Assembly: GCA_053919585.1 (NCBI GenBank)
Contig: CM132795.1
Length of the DNA stretch: 64,000 nucleotides
From: Euprymna scolopes
Taxonomy: Eukaryota
Direction: 5' to 3' (one strand)
Below are positions 39,031 through 53,029 of this stretch, in pieces. The notes beneath the pieces are model-generated. The model had not been told where the DNA came from, did not search any database, and worked only from the letters and a program-made list of their open reading frames with translations. Within the stretch, counting starts at the first letter, position 1. Each line of letters begins with the position of its first letter. Both the position numbers and the translations under genes were made by a program.

Positions 39031-39887
39031 AAAACGAATTTACAAATTTAATGAAAGACTGATAGGTAAATATTCCGAGGACGTATACTAGATCGTAAAC
39101 ACCAGATGCGAAACGATTCTGAGGTTCTTCAGTGTCGTTTTCTGGGTGACTCACCACTAAGTAAAGTTAATAGACAAGATCTTTTATCATTTCATATATC
39201 CAAACTTTTATCATGATATTGATTTTCAATATTTTCTTCACCAGTGCTCAATACATGTGGAGCTAGGTAGTAAATTGTGAAAATGTACGTCAATTAAGCT
39301 ACATAGAATTTTCCGCGTTTCATGCCGATGATGGTTCGTCAGGCTAATTATGTGTTGCATATATATATATATATTCGTAACTTTTTAACGGTTTAAAACA
39401 AAAGTTCTCCAAAAGCTAAAAATCAACTAAAGTTTGAGAAAAGGTTTAAGAAAATCTACAAATTTATGAAAGAAACTAAATAATAACATTAAAAATTAAG
39501 AACCTAAATGTTGATGCTTTTTTTTATTTGTCCTCAGAGATGAATCAATAGGAGAAACACAAGATATCGAAGGTTGACAACGTGGAGCTCCTACTTCTGA
39601 ATTATTAAAGAACTCCTTAATCCTTTGACTTCTGAACATTTCTTTTTTGTTAAATTTTTTTTTTAACATCTATGTTTTAATAAACTCTGTAAGCTTAACC
39701 TTTCATTGTAAGGGAAGATAGTTTTATATCTTATCCAAAGGTTATTACTGACATATTGATGAGATTTATACTCACCAATTGCTCCTATTTTACTGTCCGT
39801 ATGCCAGACCCAATTAAAACGGCCTAATATATAATTTGAAAAACTATCGTTATCATATATACACTGTCAAGCTTACGTAAACTCTTT

Positions 39888-40350
39888 CAGAAGAACCATC
39901 GTTCACAACTCGGTGGTAAAATCCTCCAGAAGAAACCACCGTTCACAATTCTGTGGTAAAATCCTCCAGAAGAAACCACCGTTCACAACTCGGTAGTAAA
40001 ATCCTCCAGAAGAAACCACCGTTCACAACTCGGTAGTAAAATCCTCCAGAAGAAACCACCGTTCACAACTCGGTAGTAAAATCCTCCAGAAGAAACCACC
40101 GTTCACAACTCGGTAGTAAAATCCTCCAGAAGAAACCACCGTTCACAACTCGGTGGTAAAATCCTCCAGAAGAAACCACCGTTCACAACTCGGTGGTAAA
40201 ATCCTCCAGAAGAAACCACCGTTCACAACTCGGTGGTAAAATCCTCCAGAAGAAACCACCGTTCACAACTCGGTAGTAAAATCCTCCAGAAGAAACCACC
40301 GTTCACAACTCGGTGGTAAAAATCACCCAGAAAATAACACCGCTCACATC
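39888..40350. repeat. 40-bp minisatellite, ~11 copies
   Basis: Unit AGAAGAAACCACCGTTCACAACTCGGT(G/A)GTAAAATCCTCC. Confidence 0.97.
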
Positions 40351-40593
40351 TCGATGATTAAATCATTTAAAAAAGTACAATGACTAAATGTAAATGCCGT
40401 CTAATAATTCTTTCCGATATTTTTAACCATAAAAAGTCAGACTTAATGATTATTTCAAAGAAAAAGAAAATAACTTAGAAAAAATAACTTGTGTTGAAAA
40501 AGATTTTAGTTACATCTAAACTATAGAACTGTCCTTTGTCGTCTAAATATAAACTAGATTGTTAAATGCTGACGAACAATAGGGACACGTTAC

Positions 40594-40727
40594 CTCTCGC
40601 TCTCATCTGCAGCCTTCGAGGCGTCTTCAAGTTTGGACTGGGCGGTAGTCAATCTTTCCTCAGATCGTTCAAGATCTTCTTCCAAAAGCTGAATTCGTCG
40701 ATTCAAACCTTGGATTTCAGACTCGCA
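40594..40727 (-). CDS. TPM: Tropomyosin exon, residues 81-125 (134 nt, single copy here)
   Basis: tttctttcag|TGC...GAGAG|gtaacg; translates [44 protein letters not shown](R). Not in the ORF track on this strand. Confidence 0.97.
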
Positions 40728-41324
40728 CTGAAAGAAACGAAAAAATAAATATATTCATTAGAAACCAATAAATATTTTAGTTTTTAAAGAAAATTTAAAA
40801 AAAAAATTAAAACCTAACAAAATAATGAAAAGAATTAAACAGAATATTGTGTTTTTAAAAATACTGGACTGTTGTTTACCCAGTACCACAAAATTGATGT
40901 ATATAAGTTTGAAAAATTAGTACGTAGGCGTCAGATTTTTATTTGCTTCCTGTTTCACCAATGCGCATGTATGAATCGTTCATGTGACAGATTGTGTAAA
41001 AAATACGTAGGTTTGAAAACACTTTTTAAAGATCGTGTCAAGTTGGTCAAATGGTTATCGTACTTGACTCACTGCCTTTAGGTTTCATTTTCAATCTCAG
41101 CTCGAATATTCTTTTTTACTTACAAGAAGTGAACTGTTTAGAAAATATAATATATAATTATTTACTATAATAATTATTAAATACCTACAGGCACTAGTGT
41201 TTCATCCTTTCGGGAATACATAATACACGCATGCACGTGTCTCAGTTTATGAATTAACATATGATATTTATGCATATTTTACGATCAGGCAACGTCGGGC
41301 AGCCTGCTGGCATATATATAAACT

Positions 41325-41592
41325 AGACTTTCGTTCAGTCTCGAAAGACAATGGATATCCTCTGTGTCTTATGTATGTCATTGTGAGGCAAGGGTTATAA
41401 AATCCCTAACCGCATCTCTCCTGACTCGAAAATGGCAGTGACAAGAAGAAGGCGAGGACTAGAAACAATGAGGAGATAAGCAGAGAGCACATACAGCACC
41501 TGGAATTCCCAAATGGTCATTTTAGTACTGGCAAGGCTAAACGTTGCTTAATTTCAGTGATCTAACGAGAACCAGTGTGTCACGTGGTTATG
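41325..41592 (-). mobile_element. 5S rRNA-headed SINE-like element (body type 1)
   Basis: 41489-41592 is reverse-complement 5S-like; its ~165-nt body is homologous to 1880-2050. Confidence 0.8.
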
Positions 41593-43439
41593 AGATATAT
41601 ATTATTCATTAAAATACCCTTGCTAAGGTGAGTAAAATTAATTCTTCTGAACGAAGCAGTTTTGCACCAATTTTATGTTCACGTAGAAGTCTTACATATA
41701 AATATGCTAATAAACCTTATATCTAGAATATTCATTGCAATTGTGATCAAAATGCAATACATTATTTTGATTCTGAAAAGCATCTCAAATTTAAGGCTCA
41801 AGATTAAAGAATATTGAGAAAAAATTGAGCCACATACAAACTTGTTTAATTTGTGTCCAATCACTATGGATGAAATGCAATGCAAATCTGAAATATTTTA
41901 ATTTTCAAATGGGAGAAAGATTGTACCAATAACATGCCTCCTAACAAGCCTTTAATAATCCAAATAAACAGAAATTTGAAAAAAAAAAGATTTGTTTAAT
42001 AACTATATAAATCGAAAGGATCTGAATTTTCATAAAGGGATCTCAACAATATCTGCAGTTTAAAAATCACATTCTGCACATACTATCCATTATTTTTTTT
42101 CAATCCTCTCATAATATCGTTCATCACCTCATTAACCCTTTATCCTCGGGTGATTTTTGGCAACAAAAAATAAAATAGCGTAATCTTTACATTTCTGCTT
42201 GTATTACAAGCACGTCATACAAGCAGGTCTATAAATCTTTTAAACGTTTTTAAAGAACATTGGGCAGTAAGTACAGTGATTGATTTGGACACACGAAAAG
42301 GAGAACGCTAAATGTGTTCAGGCCACATGTGGCGTAATGGAACTCAATACAAAGTATCAAAATATTTTAAAAGCACCCAGCTTTTACCACAAAGCAAATT
42401 TGTATCATATTTCTCTTAAAACTTCTATTCTCTATCCTTCTCTCTTTCTCCCCCTCCTGTTTAAATCTCCCTCTTCACAACCCCTTCTTTCTTCCCTGCC
42501 TACCCATTTCCTATATCTACATATAGGCAGCCCGTTTTTATAGATTCTTTGAAGAATTAGTGGATATAAGAAAGGTAAGTCCTTGATTAAATATTCTCGA
42601 CCTCCCCTAACGAAATCCATGTCAAATAAGTGCCAAAGAATGAATCTTTCCTTTCTTTTTTTTCTAAATTATAGATATTATTAATCCAGAGAAACACTAA
42701 CTAAAAAAACGCCAACTTTGTGGGTATTCGTTTTGTGGTTTTCAGGTTGTAGCCGGACATGCAAACATTCACACAGACAACCATCCTTTTTATTACCTCT
42801 ATAAGGCCGCCATTCGCCCATGTATGGAGTATTGTTGTCACATTTGGACTGATTCATCTGCTACTAGTCTTACTGCTGGATAGGGTTCAAAAGAGTCACC
42901 AATCTGATAGGTCCTGAACTGACATCTAAGCTTCAGCCTCTGTCGCATTATTAATGTTAAATACGTTGTATATTACTACCCTTTCCCTAAAAAAAAGGAG
43001 AAGATAATTTCTGGGAAGATTGTATCATGCTGAACGAAAAGATGCAACATTAACCCTTCAAAGTAGAAAGAAATGCCTTTGATGACGATTTCATAACGAC
43101 AGAACATTTACAACCCCCCCTCCAAATTGGAAAATAACATATTAGTCTTAAGTAGTACAGTTAATAGATTGTTTTAGCTTTTAACAGATATTAAATCTAT
43201 TCGTAATAAATTATAGTTAGTTCATGAAACATTTTGGCCGCAGTGTCTGTATGAACCCTTCAAATCATCGATTAAGGAATGGGAAATTATACTAAAGTCG
43301 TGTCAAAAGAGCCCAAACAATTTCTTACAAGTATTTTGCAGGTTCTTCATGTAATAATCCATGCGCGTAAACTATGTCCATCTTTAAAAGGAAGAAATGA
43401 ACAGTAACAGTGTTATAGGTCGAAAATATTTTTTTCATA

Positions 43440-43700
43440 GAAATCGCTCGAGACAAGACATGAAGCCACTTGATATAGAGAGCTAACAAGAATGAAATAT
43501 GATTATTACAAAGCCAGCAGATGCCTATTGGTCTTAATCTTGGAAAGAGCAAGGCTGTAGGTAGGAGGAAAACAGTGAGCAGGAAGAGAGTTCCACCACC
43601 TTGCAGTTCTTTCGAAATAATCTACTGGAATAGGAAGCTGTATTATAATGAGGTATCAAAACAACGAATTGATGGAGACCACTAGACAACAGGTTAAACG
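43440..43700 (-). mobile_element. LINE 3' end with tail shared by several short repeats
   Basis: Minus strand FERTARWWNSLPAHCFPPTYSLALSKIKTNR followed by the tail ATCAAGTGGCTTCATGTCTTGTCTCGAGCGATTT. Confidence 0.65.
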
Positions 43701-44139
43701 AGCTCGAGCAAAGGAAGCAGATATAGAATAGACAAGATAGAATTCAAGAACACATGTCATAATAGTACTTTTAATAAAAAAAAAGACTGAGACTAGCAAC
43801 ATCGCATCTGATAAAAAAGCATTTCTTGTTTCTTTTGAAAGATTATAGAAAACTTTGCTTTTCCAAATTTTAATCGAAGTAAATTTCGTAAACGACATAA
43901 GTATTAATAGATTGTAGAAAGAACATCGCTGTGCAATTACAGCACGTTCCTCTGTAATTAGCCAATGGAAAAGGAAATCTAAGTTGGAATCTAACTAGTG
44001 ATTAGTTTAATTCTTTGGAAATCTAGCCAAATATTGTTCTCAACATGAAACTGACTATATAAATTAACACTATTAGTTGCTCAAGTGAGCTTCTATCTAT
44101 GGTCCCCCATGCAGAACATTTGCAGCAGATACTCGCGTA

Positions 44140-44370
44140 GCAAATGCAAATTCCACGAGCAAAAGTTCGTTAAAAGAATTGCCCGTCCGTGGAACACAAC
44201 CCCACAGGGATGCTTTCCAGCTGTCTATAATATGGAAGTTTTCAAGTCTAATGTTAACACGTTTCTGTTGGGCCGTTCTTTTTAAATAAACGTTCCACCA
44301 TCACCAATAATCATGGTGTTGTCTCACCGGCCTACCGATATTGTAGCCTTATCCTTGAGTGGCTTTCAGG
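44140..44370 (+). mobile_element. LINE 3' end fragment
   Basis: KRIARPWNTTPQGCFPAVYNMEVFKSNVN, the same WNxxPxxCFPxxY motif class. Confidence 0.55.
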
Positions 44371-44875
44371 TGATGATGAGGAGACCCTCCCGCCTCCCTA
44401 GTAAAAACAAAGTTAAGCACGATAAAAGAGACGAAGCATTACTAACTTGACTATACCCGTACTTAATTTGATTCGGTATTGTGGGTGCGTAAATTATACC
44501 CTGGGGTGTTATTTAGATTCACACCCATAAGTCAAGAATGTTCCCACTTCCACACACACACATATATATATATATATATGTTATTCAAAAATACAATGCA
44601 CAGTTTGTTTGTTTTTTAATTTCACATCAGGTCGAATGCTTATTAAACAAAAGAATGTTCATTTTACGCGTTTTGAATTTTTTTTTCATTTTAGTAGACA
44701 TGGTATTTGAAATGTGATATTGAGATTAGCAAACATACTAAGTGACGAAACTCGTAAAAGATTTAAATTGGAGAACAATCGATTGCACTTCTTACTGGAG
44801 TGGACCATTTTAATTTTTTGATTTTAAAAAATCTAAAATAGCAGATTTCAAAATCTAGATCAATTGACGAATTGA

Positions 44876-45570
44876 TTTTTGATAGTATAGCAATACAGTT
44901 TTTGATAGTATAGCAATACACTTTTTGATAGTATAGCAATACACTTTTTGATAGTATAGCAATACACTTTTTGATAGTATAGCAATACACTTTTTGATAG
45001 TATAGCAATACACTTTTTGATAGTATAGCAATACACTTTTTGATAGTATAGCAATACACTTTTTGATAGTATAGCAATACACTTTTTGATAGTATAGCAA
45101 TACACTTTTTGATAGTATAGCAATACACTTTTTGATAGTATAGCAATACACTTTTTGATAGTATAGCAATACACTTTTTGATAGTATAGCAATACACTTT
45201 TTGATAGTATAGCAATACACTTTTTGATAGTATAGCAATACACTTTTTGATAGTATAGCAATACACTTTTTGATAGTATAGCAATACACTTTTTGATAGT
45301 ATAGCAATACACTTTTGATAGTATAGCAATACACTTTTGATAGTATAGCAATACACTTTTTGATAGTATAGCAATACACTTTTTGATAGTATAGCAATAC
45401 ACTTTTTGATAGTATAGCAATACACTTTTTGATAGTATAGCAATACACTTTTTGATAGTATAGCAATACACTTTTTGATAGTATAGCAATACACTTTTTG
45501 ATAGTATAGCAATACACTTTTTGATAGTATAGCAATACACTTTTTGATAGTATAGCAATACACTTTTTGA
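44876..45570. repeat. 23-bp minisatellite, ~30 near-identical copies
   Basis: Unit TTTTTGATAGTATAGCAATACAC, with a few 22-bp units. Confidence 0.98.
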
Positions 45571-45772
45571 TTAAGAAGATTGTTTTGATTTGAAGAAATA
45601 ACGGTAAAATATGAATTTGGCATTTGAGGAAACTACTAAATGAAATATTTCGCACACTTTATTCTATATCAAAAGTATTCATGTTCTATATGTATTCTTT
45701 GAAAAGGTTAGATTAAGAATATAGTGAAAGAAAATGCTCAAAAAAAGCATAGAAAACAAATAATAATGATAA

Positions 45773-46275
45773 CTAGCGGGACCTGCGGAAATTCCACGGC
45801 GGACTCTTTCGTGTGTAATATATTGATGTTGGCGTTCTGTGAATGTTCAGCTTCAATGGAGACGCCCTAATAGTTTGTAAAACTGCAAAAGTATTTACCA
45901 AAGCTAGCAGAGACGTAAAATACATTTAAATATCATTTTTTAATTTATGCAGATTTCATATGTATTATTAGAGTCAATTTTCTATCGATTCTTGTATAAT
46001 AAAGTTGTAATTTAATATATAGTACTACTTGGAGGCGTCAGCTTGAATCGAAACCGAAACCAAAACTTCTGAAGAATTCTTGATATAATTATTTCCAATA
46101 AAATAGATGATTTGAGTGCCATCAGTTAGAATCAAAACCAAAATTATGAAGAATTCTCGGTAAAATTATTTATTACAAGAAATGGAGGGGTATAACAAAC
46201 GATAATCACTTTGAGGAAAACAGATGTAAGCGTGACGCACAAAATATCACACACGCTATCGTATTAATATATAGA
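45773..46275 (-). mobile_element. Non-autonomous Helitron-like element
   Basis: Minus strand begins A|TCTATATATT and ends with a GC-rich hairpin (CCGTGGAA/TTCCGCAGG) followed by CTAG|T. Confidence 0.6.
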
Positions 46276-47232
46276 TAATAATGACACCAGCACCAACTGA
46301 TACCGCATAAAATAGTAGGTGTGTCTAAGAGGATAAGTCAAAACCTCGACTGAAGGAGCAGGGAGAATGCTGGAACCTAAAGAGGCTCATGATTACTCAT
46401 TTCAGAAAACGCAAGAACTCAATAGTAAAGACTGTTGCAATAACGTAAAAAGAATTGCAATAGTTATCGAAAGAGATGGAGAGTGCTAGAAATTTGGAGA
46501 GACCTGTCACTCAGATTTCAGTGGACATTATTTGTTATTAACAGTGATAATGCCTCATTGGAAAACTCCTAGCGAGTTAATAATGATGACACTCGGTCAT
46601 TGTATCGATTCATGATGAAGCTGTCAGCTTAATAAGCGCGTAATTGTTTACGCAACAAACAGTAAAGATGCGAAATGAAAATTAACGTCCATCTTGAAAA
46701 GGATAGAAGCGAGGTTGGCTATATTTAGCAGAAGAGTCATCAACGCTTGAAGAGCAGAAAATTAAATATATCTTTTGTATCAACATATCGAACAGCTGAC
46801 CATTAAAATCCCGAAGGATCTATTGATGTCAAATACTCTACCACCACTACCAATAAAGAAACGTTGAGGTGGATTTGGGGGGGGGGTCTTAGAATAATCA
46901 CAGGAGCTTAACATGTTTATTTATAAAATAACGCACTCACTGCTGTCAATTTCATTGCTATTTTTAGAAAACGTTTTATATAAAAATTAATCATGACTGA
47001 ACGTTATCCCATGTTTATTTGCAAGTGAAATGATTTGTGTTTGTTATAAAATAAAGAAACTACTGGGTAGAGTTCCATTAAAACTGGTTGCGGAATTGGT
47101 ATCGATAGATCCTGTAGATTATGGAAAGTTAGAGAAAGATATAAAGTTGAAAAAGATTTCTAATAAAAGTGGGTTTTCAATTATGATTCGTAAAATACAA
47201 TATATATATATATATTTATATTATAGTAAAAA

Positions 47233-47275
<43 letters not shown>

Positions 47276-47552
47276 TTATGAAAGTTTTATCGTAATTCGA
47301 AGGTTGAATACATTTTTGAGACACCGTTTGTGTGTGTGTGTGTGTGTGTGAAAGGAGTTGTGCTTGAAGGCTATATCAATGCGGTTCCTAGAAAACCCCG
47401 TAGACACGCGTTAGTAAATAACATATGACAATATTAGAAGGAATTTTCAATTATATTACGTTTATCTACCAACATAATGTTTTGTTCAAGATAGTAGGTG
47501 TTGATGTCCCTAATTTTCAAGAGTAGTATCTCTTCTTCAGAGGCAACATCCT

Positions 47553-47607
<55 letters not shown>

Positions 47608-49954
47608 GTTCCAAACAAGACATGAAGCCACTTGATGTAAGGAACTTACAAGAAATAAAGTTGATTGTCGCAAAGACAAGATATGTTTTTAAAATATATA
47701 ATGACAATTAATGGGTATCAGAACATACGTCACTCAGTATGCACAGGTTGTGTGCTTCGCCACATTGAATAGGTGAAAAGGAGTTTATTTGATATTAATC
47801 AGACCAACAGAATAAAACGGAACAATCTTGAAAATTGCTAACAAACTATTCTCGTATTGTTATTACTATCATACACATTTTCGAAAAACTTGTATTTCTT
47901 TTTGTATTAGGTGTACTAACCGATGTGGATAAGGTTCGAGTTCTATAGGGTCATTGTATCTTTTTCACATGAGAAATATGAGCTATTTGGCCTATTCCTT
48001 TCAGCTATGGGTTAAATCGTAAGTTAGGCGAAATTGAATCCTTGATAACGCAGCTAATTTAGGATAAGATACCAAAAAAAAAAAAAAAAAAAAAAAAAGA
48101 CACCAGTTCTGACTATCACCGACTCTTTGAACATCCTGAGCAAAAGTTTAAAGTTTCATTTTAGAAATTATCACAGAAAAAAAATGCCTAAAGAGTTTAT
48201 CTTTTATTTAAATGTTTACAATTACTTTACTTTCCGACAGAGTGCTGTGTGACATAATAATATAATTAGAAACATGCCGTCCTGTAGTATAATCTTGGTA
48301 TTTGCTCTAAAAATATTATCACTGAATTATTTAAGTAATCGTCAAAAACGGGTATCTTGGAATGCAGCGCTCTATGGACAAATGTATCTTTAGTTGACCT
48401 TTGACAACTAAATATTTACGTTTACTAGCCAAATAGAAAAGTTACTTGCCAAACCTATATGATTTTTAGAATATGACATCTTCGTTCTATGACGAGTATG
48501 TACATCATAAAGATTTTTCTGTGTTTTTTTTTTATAAGTGTAATTCTAAATGTATACCGATTGTTATATTGATACTTGAAAGTATAAACATTCGACTTTC
48601 TTCAGATATTTTTAAACAGCATTTGTTAAAAAAGTATAGTTTTGTTAAACCTTTTATTGTTTAAATTATTTGACTTTGCTCGTTTTATTTAAAAAAAAAA
48701 AAAAAAAAAAAAGTTGAAAAGATATTTTTCACTCAGTAGTGAGCTTTGAAAGAGTGTTGGTGAAAGAAACACAATCACCAAAAGACAAGTGTTGCATTAT
48801 TTCTAGTCGCCACTTTGAAAAATCACTCGAAACTGCGACTGTTTCACTCGCAATGTAGAGCCCTGGAATACATATATATCGAAATACCACACGTTAAACG
48901 GAGAGATCTAATCGGTATAAAAACGATGTGATACTGAAATAGTTATCGGTACTCGAATTAGGGCGAGTTATTTCCCTTTTATTTAGAACTATTAAATGTA
49001 TTTACAAAGAGTTTAAACAGTGTTTATCATTTCATATGGATTTGGAATTAAAGAGAATAGAAAGTGAGTATTGGGTTTACATTCGGCAGCCTCGTAACTC
49101 TCTCTTCTTTTATTTTGTCCATTAGTCCTCGTGGGCCATGAGACAAAGGGAGAATAAGTTTCTGCTCTCTAGATTGTAATCTGTAAAAACTTAGTTGTTT
49201 TTATTAAATATTTTTTTCTTTTTTAGCTTTTTACATCAAGTGCCATCATGCCTTGTCTGAAGCGATTTGCATAAAGAATGAAACATCACTTCCGGACAGT
49301 ATAGGACGTAAAAGAGTTAAAATTATTATGCCATAAAAACATGATCAGTAAAAGCCAGAATGAGTTGGAAAGAAAGTGTCAGAAAGCCATTAATTCTTAA
49401 GAGGACACGAAAGAAAGTTTTATTCTATGTTTGTTAAGTTTGAGATTTAAATGTTATGAACTTATTAGTCATAACATAATATTAGTTTCGGACAAAAAGA
49501 ATACATGAACGAAGTTTGGAACATAACGCATATTACAGGCAGTATGAAAAAAATTACACTATTAAAAGAATACTCTTTGCATTGAGAAAAGGTATAATCA
49601 TAATGATAAAAAGTAAATGTGAAAGAAACAACGTTGTTTTTTTCTATGTTAGTGAAGGCACCAATACGAGACATCATGTCTGTTTAGTGTTCAGTAATAA
49701 TATTCTAATATTCCACGAATAGGAATGGAGTCAACTAATCACAACGACGTAAAAATAAGTTCGGTATCTCGAGGGAGCGGCTTGTATTTAATGAGGGCAG
49801 TTGTATTTGGCGAAAAATAATAACGGAATAAGAAACACCTACAAGGTATGTAGCACAGAATCTTTCCATGGACAGTGTCCATATCATAGATGAATTACCG
49901 GCTACAAACAAATATGAGAAAAAGTTTGTTTTTCTTTAAAGAGACATTGTGTAT

Positions 49955-50010
<56 letters not shown>

Positions 50011-50100
50011 TGGCCTAACAAGACCACAGGGGAGACAACCTAACAAAAAAAAAACGGAGCAAAATTCATCCCAACGCAGCAAAACTAAAACTGGCTTGTT

Positions 50101-50170
<70 letters not shown>

Positions 50171-50821
50171 CTAATTTGGGTATATTTTATTGATTTAAAA
50201 ATATAGGTTCTTTTTAACTAATTGTCATAAAATTTCAACAATAGAATATAATCTTCTAAAAGCCTGCAAATTTTTATGTAGTTTCTGTCCATAGAACCAA
50301 AGATATGAGCATTTCAATATTCAATTTGGCGACGAGTTCAGATGTGTGTGTGTGTGTGTGTGTGTGTGTCAATTATGTAAAAGGGTGTTAATAATTGTTA
50401 ACTTGCTCCAAGTAAAAGCGGTTCGACTTGCGTACAAATCTTACTTAAAAGCAAATGTCTAGAAAGTAATGGCGGAATTCGTTCGTAACGCAACGACTAA
50501 ACGCAGACAGATAATTATAGATATAGCGGTCCTTTAACTAAAGTAATGTTTCCCACGGTCAACTAACGCCAGAAATAAAACGATTCATTGCTGGAAGTTT
50601 CTAAAAAGCTGAAAGTGCCATTTCGGATATGTTAATGAGGAGCTTTCAACAGTGTTTCCTTTAAGTAAAAAAAAAAAGGTCACAGTTCTCGACTCGAGAA
50701 GCAAATTAAGAAAATGTCTTTTGATGATGTACGATAAGTACAAAGTGTTGCTCACATAAATGTTAGTACTTGTTGTTTTGCTTGTAGTTATTGATTAATA
50801 CTTCAGACATTCTAGAATTTG

Positions 50822-50860
<39 letters not shown>

Positions 50861-51220
50861 GCGTCGAGTCGTAGAAATTTCCAGGTTGGTATCTGGGGGC
50901 GCATTAATTCACTGGGACAGATGTATCCCCAGTTTTCGTTAAGACATGCATCTAGAAGGGCATATTGTTATCATATATAAGGGCATATAGTTTTCGTTAA
51001 GGCATGCACCTAGAAGGGCATGGTGTAAAAACCTGCGGTCTACTGCAAACTGTCTTGTGACAGTCATTTGCACCGACAAAGATTAGCAGTAATGCTAAAA
51101 AGTGTGGTTGGTTCTACACAAACCCTTCACCACTATAAACAAATCATCTGTGTGAATTTCGGAATAACTAAGTTGTTATGGAGGAACCTCATACATTGAA
51201 ATCGACGGGAGAGTCCATAC
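50861..51220 (+). mobile_element. Interspersed repeat (body type 2) without 5S head, with an internal ~35-nt duplication
   Basis: Colinear with the reverse complement of 12607-12905; flanked by (TA)n; its 5' part is also seen at 482-535. Confidence 0.75.
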
Positions 51221-51463
51221 CCACAAATATATATATATATATATTGTAAAGGATAGAATAAATCCGATAGTATGAGATATGATGAAAAAGGAGAGATTTA
51301 AAACTCAAGAGTCCAACGTTTCGCTTAACTTTTACAAGGGCTTTATCAAGAAATGAAGTTGAAAAATATCAGAAACCGACAAAACTTTGTAATGAACGAG
51401 TTTTATACGAGTATCTTCCGTTTTCCATCATATCTCATACCGTAATTCATATTACGTGATTGC

Positions 51464-51519
<56 letters not shown>

Positions 51520-52220
51520 CATGTTTCGGACTAGTGAGCTCAATGCTACTTTGTAGATAATTTGGAAACACTTGGATAATAGATTTAAAAGGTTTTTACT
51601 CCACATAAACAATACAATTCATAATCATGGACGTTTCTTTCGTTTTATTATCTTGAGCTATGTAGATGATGAGGCGTTTATGAAAGTGTCCAATGGTGAC
51701 TCGGTATTTATGAATCCATCCGGAGGCGGAAATGCCAGATAATTGGATAATAACTTCAGTAAAATTCCAGTGCGTATAGCATTAAGTGTTGGCCCACATA
51801 AGAAACGAATCGTGGACGCAAGAAAACAGCACTTAAAATAGTTTCCAGCAATTACGGCTCTCAAATCCAACAATATGAAAATTGAAAATTTTATAACAAA
51901 ACAGAATTTATTTAAATAAACAAGTTGATGAATAAGATGGGCGTTCAATACTAGCAGAGATACCCGTTGTAGAGTGGATTCATAACACGAACAGCCATTA
52001 GATTGTTTCATAAAGGGGAAAGAGTAAAGTCGTAAACATTTTGATTGTATGGTTTTAAATATTATCGAAATATATTTAATTAGGTGTTATATATCCATTC
52101 GTTGATGCTATTGATATATAGCGGTGTATTATATATATATATATATATACATACACACACATCAATAAATGGTAATTAGTAAAAACCTGAAAAGAGTGCT
52201 GAATACTATTGCAGAGCAAA

Positions 52221-52505
52221 GATATATTTTTATTTCCGTTTCATCTGCCTAGTTACACATGCTTCGATTACCGACAATTGTATTAACGGTCCAACAATTT
52301 CGTCAGACTTTACAGAAATAATTATTATTATAATGAGGAAAAAAGATATTAGAAAAAGCTACACTTCAAGGCTCAACGATAATTCCATCAGACTTTACAG
52401 AAATATTTCTGTGAAGTCTGATGAAATTGTCGGATCGTTAATACGATTCGGTAATCGAAACATGTGTAACTAAGAAGATAAAACGGTGATAAAAAAATAT
52501 ATATC
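52221..52505. repeat. Inverted repeat with hammerhead-like cores
   Basis: 52221-52320 is the reverse complement of ~52404-52505; the right arm has CTGATGA, a 12-bp stem, then GAAACATGT. Confidence 0.8.
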
Positions 52506-52782
52506 TCCTAAGATGAGTTTGAGCAGATACTAAATTTTTCCTACTAAATTGCATTTATAGAAATATAATATAAATTAATTATATATAATTACAAAGATAT
52601 AAACATTATCTTTAAAATCGGAACCCATCAAGATAAAAGTTAAATACACTAGAGAGAGCGATTAAAGAAATAGAAAAAATATGATAAAAATAAGTAAACT
52701 GCTTAACATTGTGAAATGGAAAAGTTTCAAGACTAAATATTAGAAGAGGGTTTTAAATTATTAAAATTTGTTTAAATGTTAA

Positions 52783-52828
<46 letters not shown>

Positions 52829-53029
52829 TACCACTTATTGCTTCGTGTAAGGACGTGTTCGCAGGCGTAGGCTACTGTTGGATGCCGTTCGTAGCCAATT
52901 TTTCTTTTACTTACGTACATACAAAGATGAAAGCTAGTCATGTTCTCTACAAGTATTTTAGTGGTGATTCTACAAGTATTTTAGTGCCGAATGCTCTGAC
53001 GAACTGCAATCACTTGTGCCCCCCACGAC

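Larger units (their letters stand above)
3607..40727 (-). other. TPM: Tropomyosin gene, central portion (residues ~81-213); gene extends beyond the identified exons on both sides
   Basis: Exons of 134/118/71/76 nt with GT-AG ends and compatible phases (0-2, 2-0, 0-2, 2-0) splice to [26 protein letters not shown]...[88 protein letters not shown], recognisable as cephalopod-type muscle tropomyosin. Confidence 0.98.

Noticed and set aside
39888-40350. CRISPR-like array of palindromic repeats
   Set aside because: No unique spacers, no cas genes and a eukaryotic intron context; it is a head-to-tail minisatellite.
44763-45655. Three long overlapping minus-strand ORFs (232-286 aa)
   Set aside because: They are translations of the 23-bp minisatellite, which happens to lack stops on that strand.
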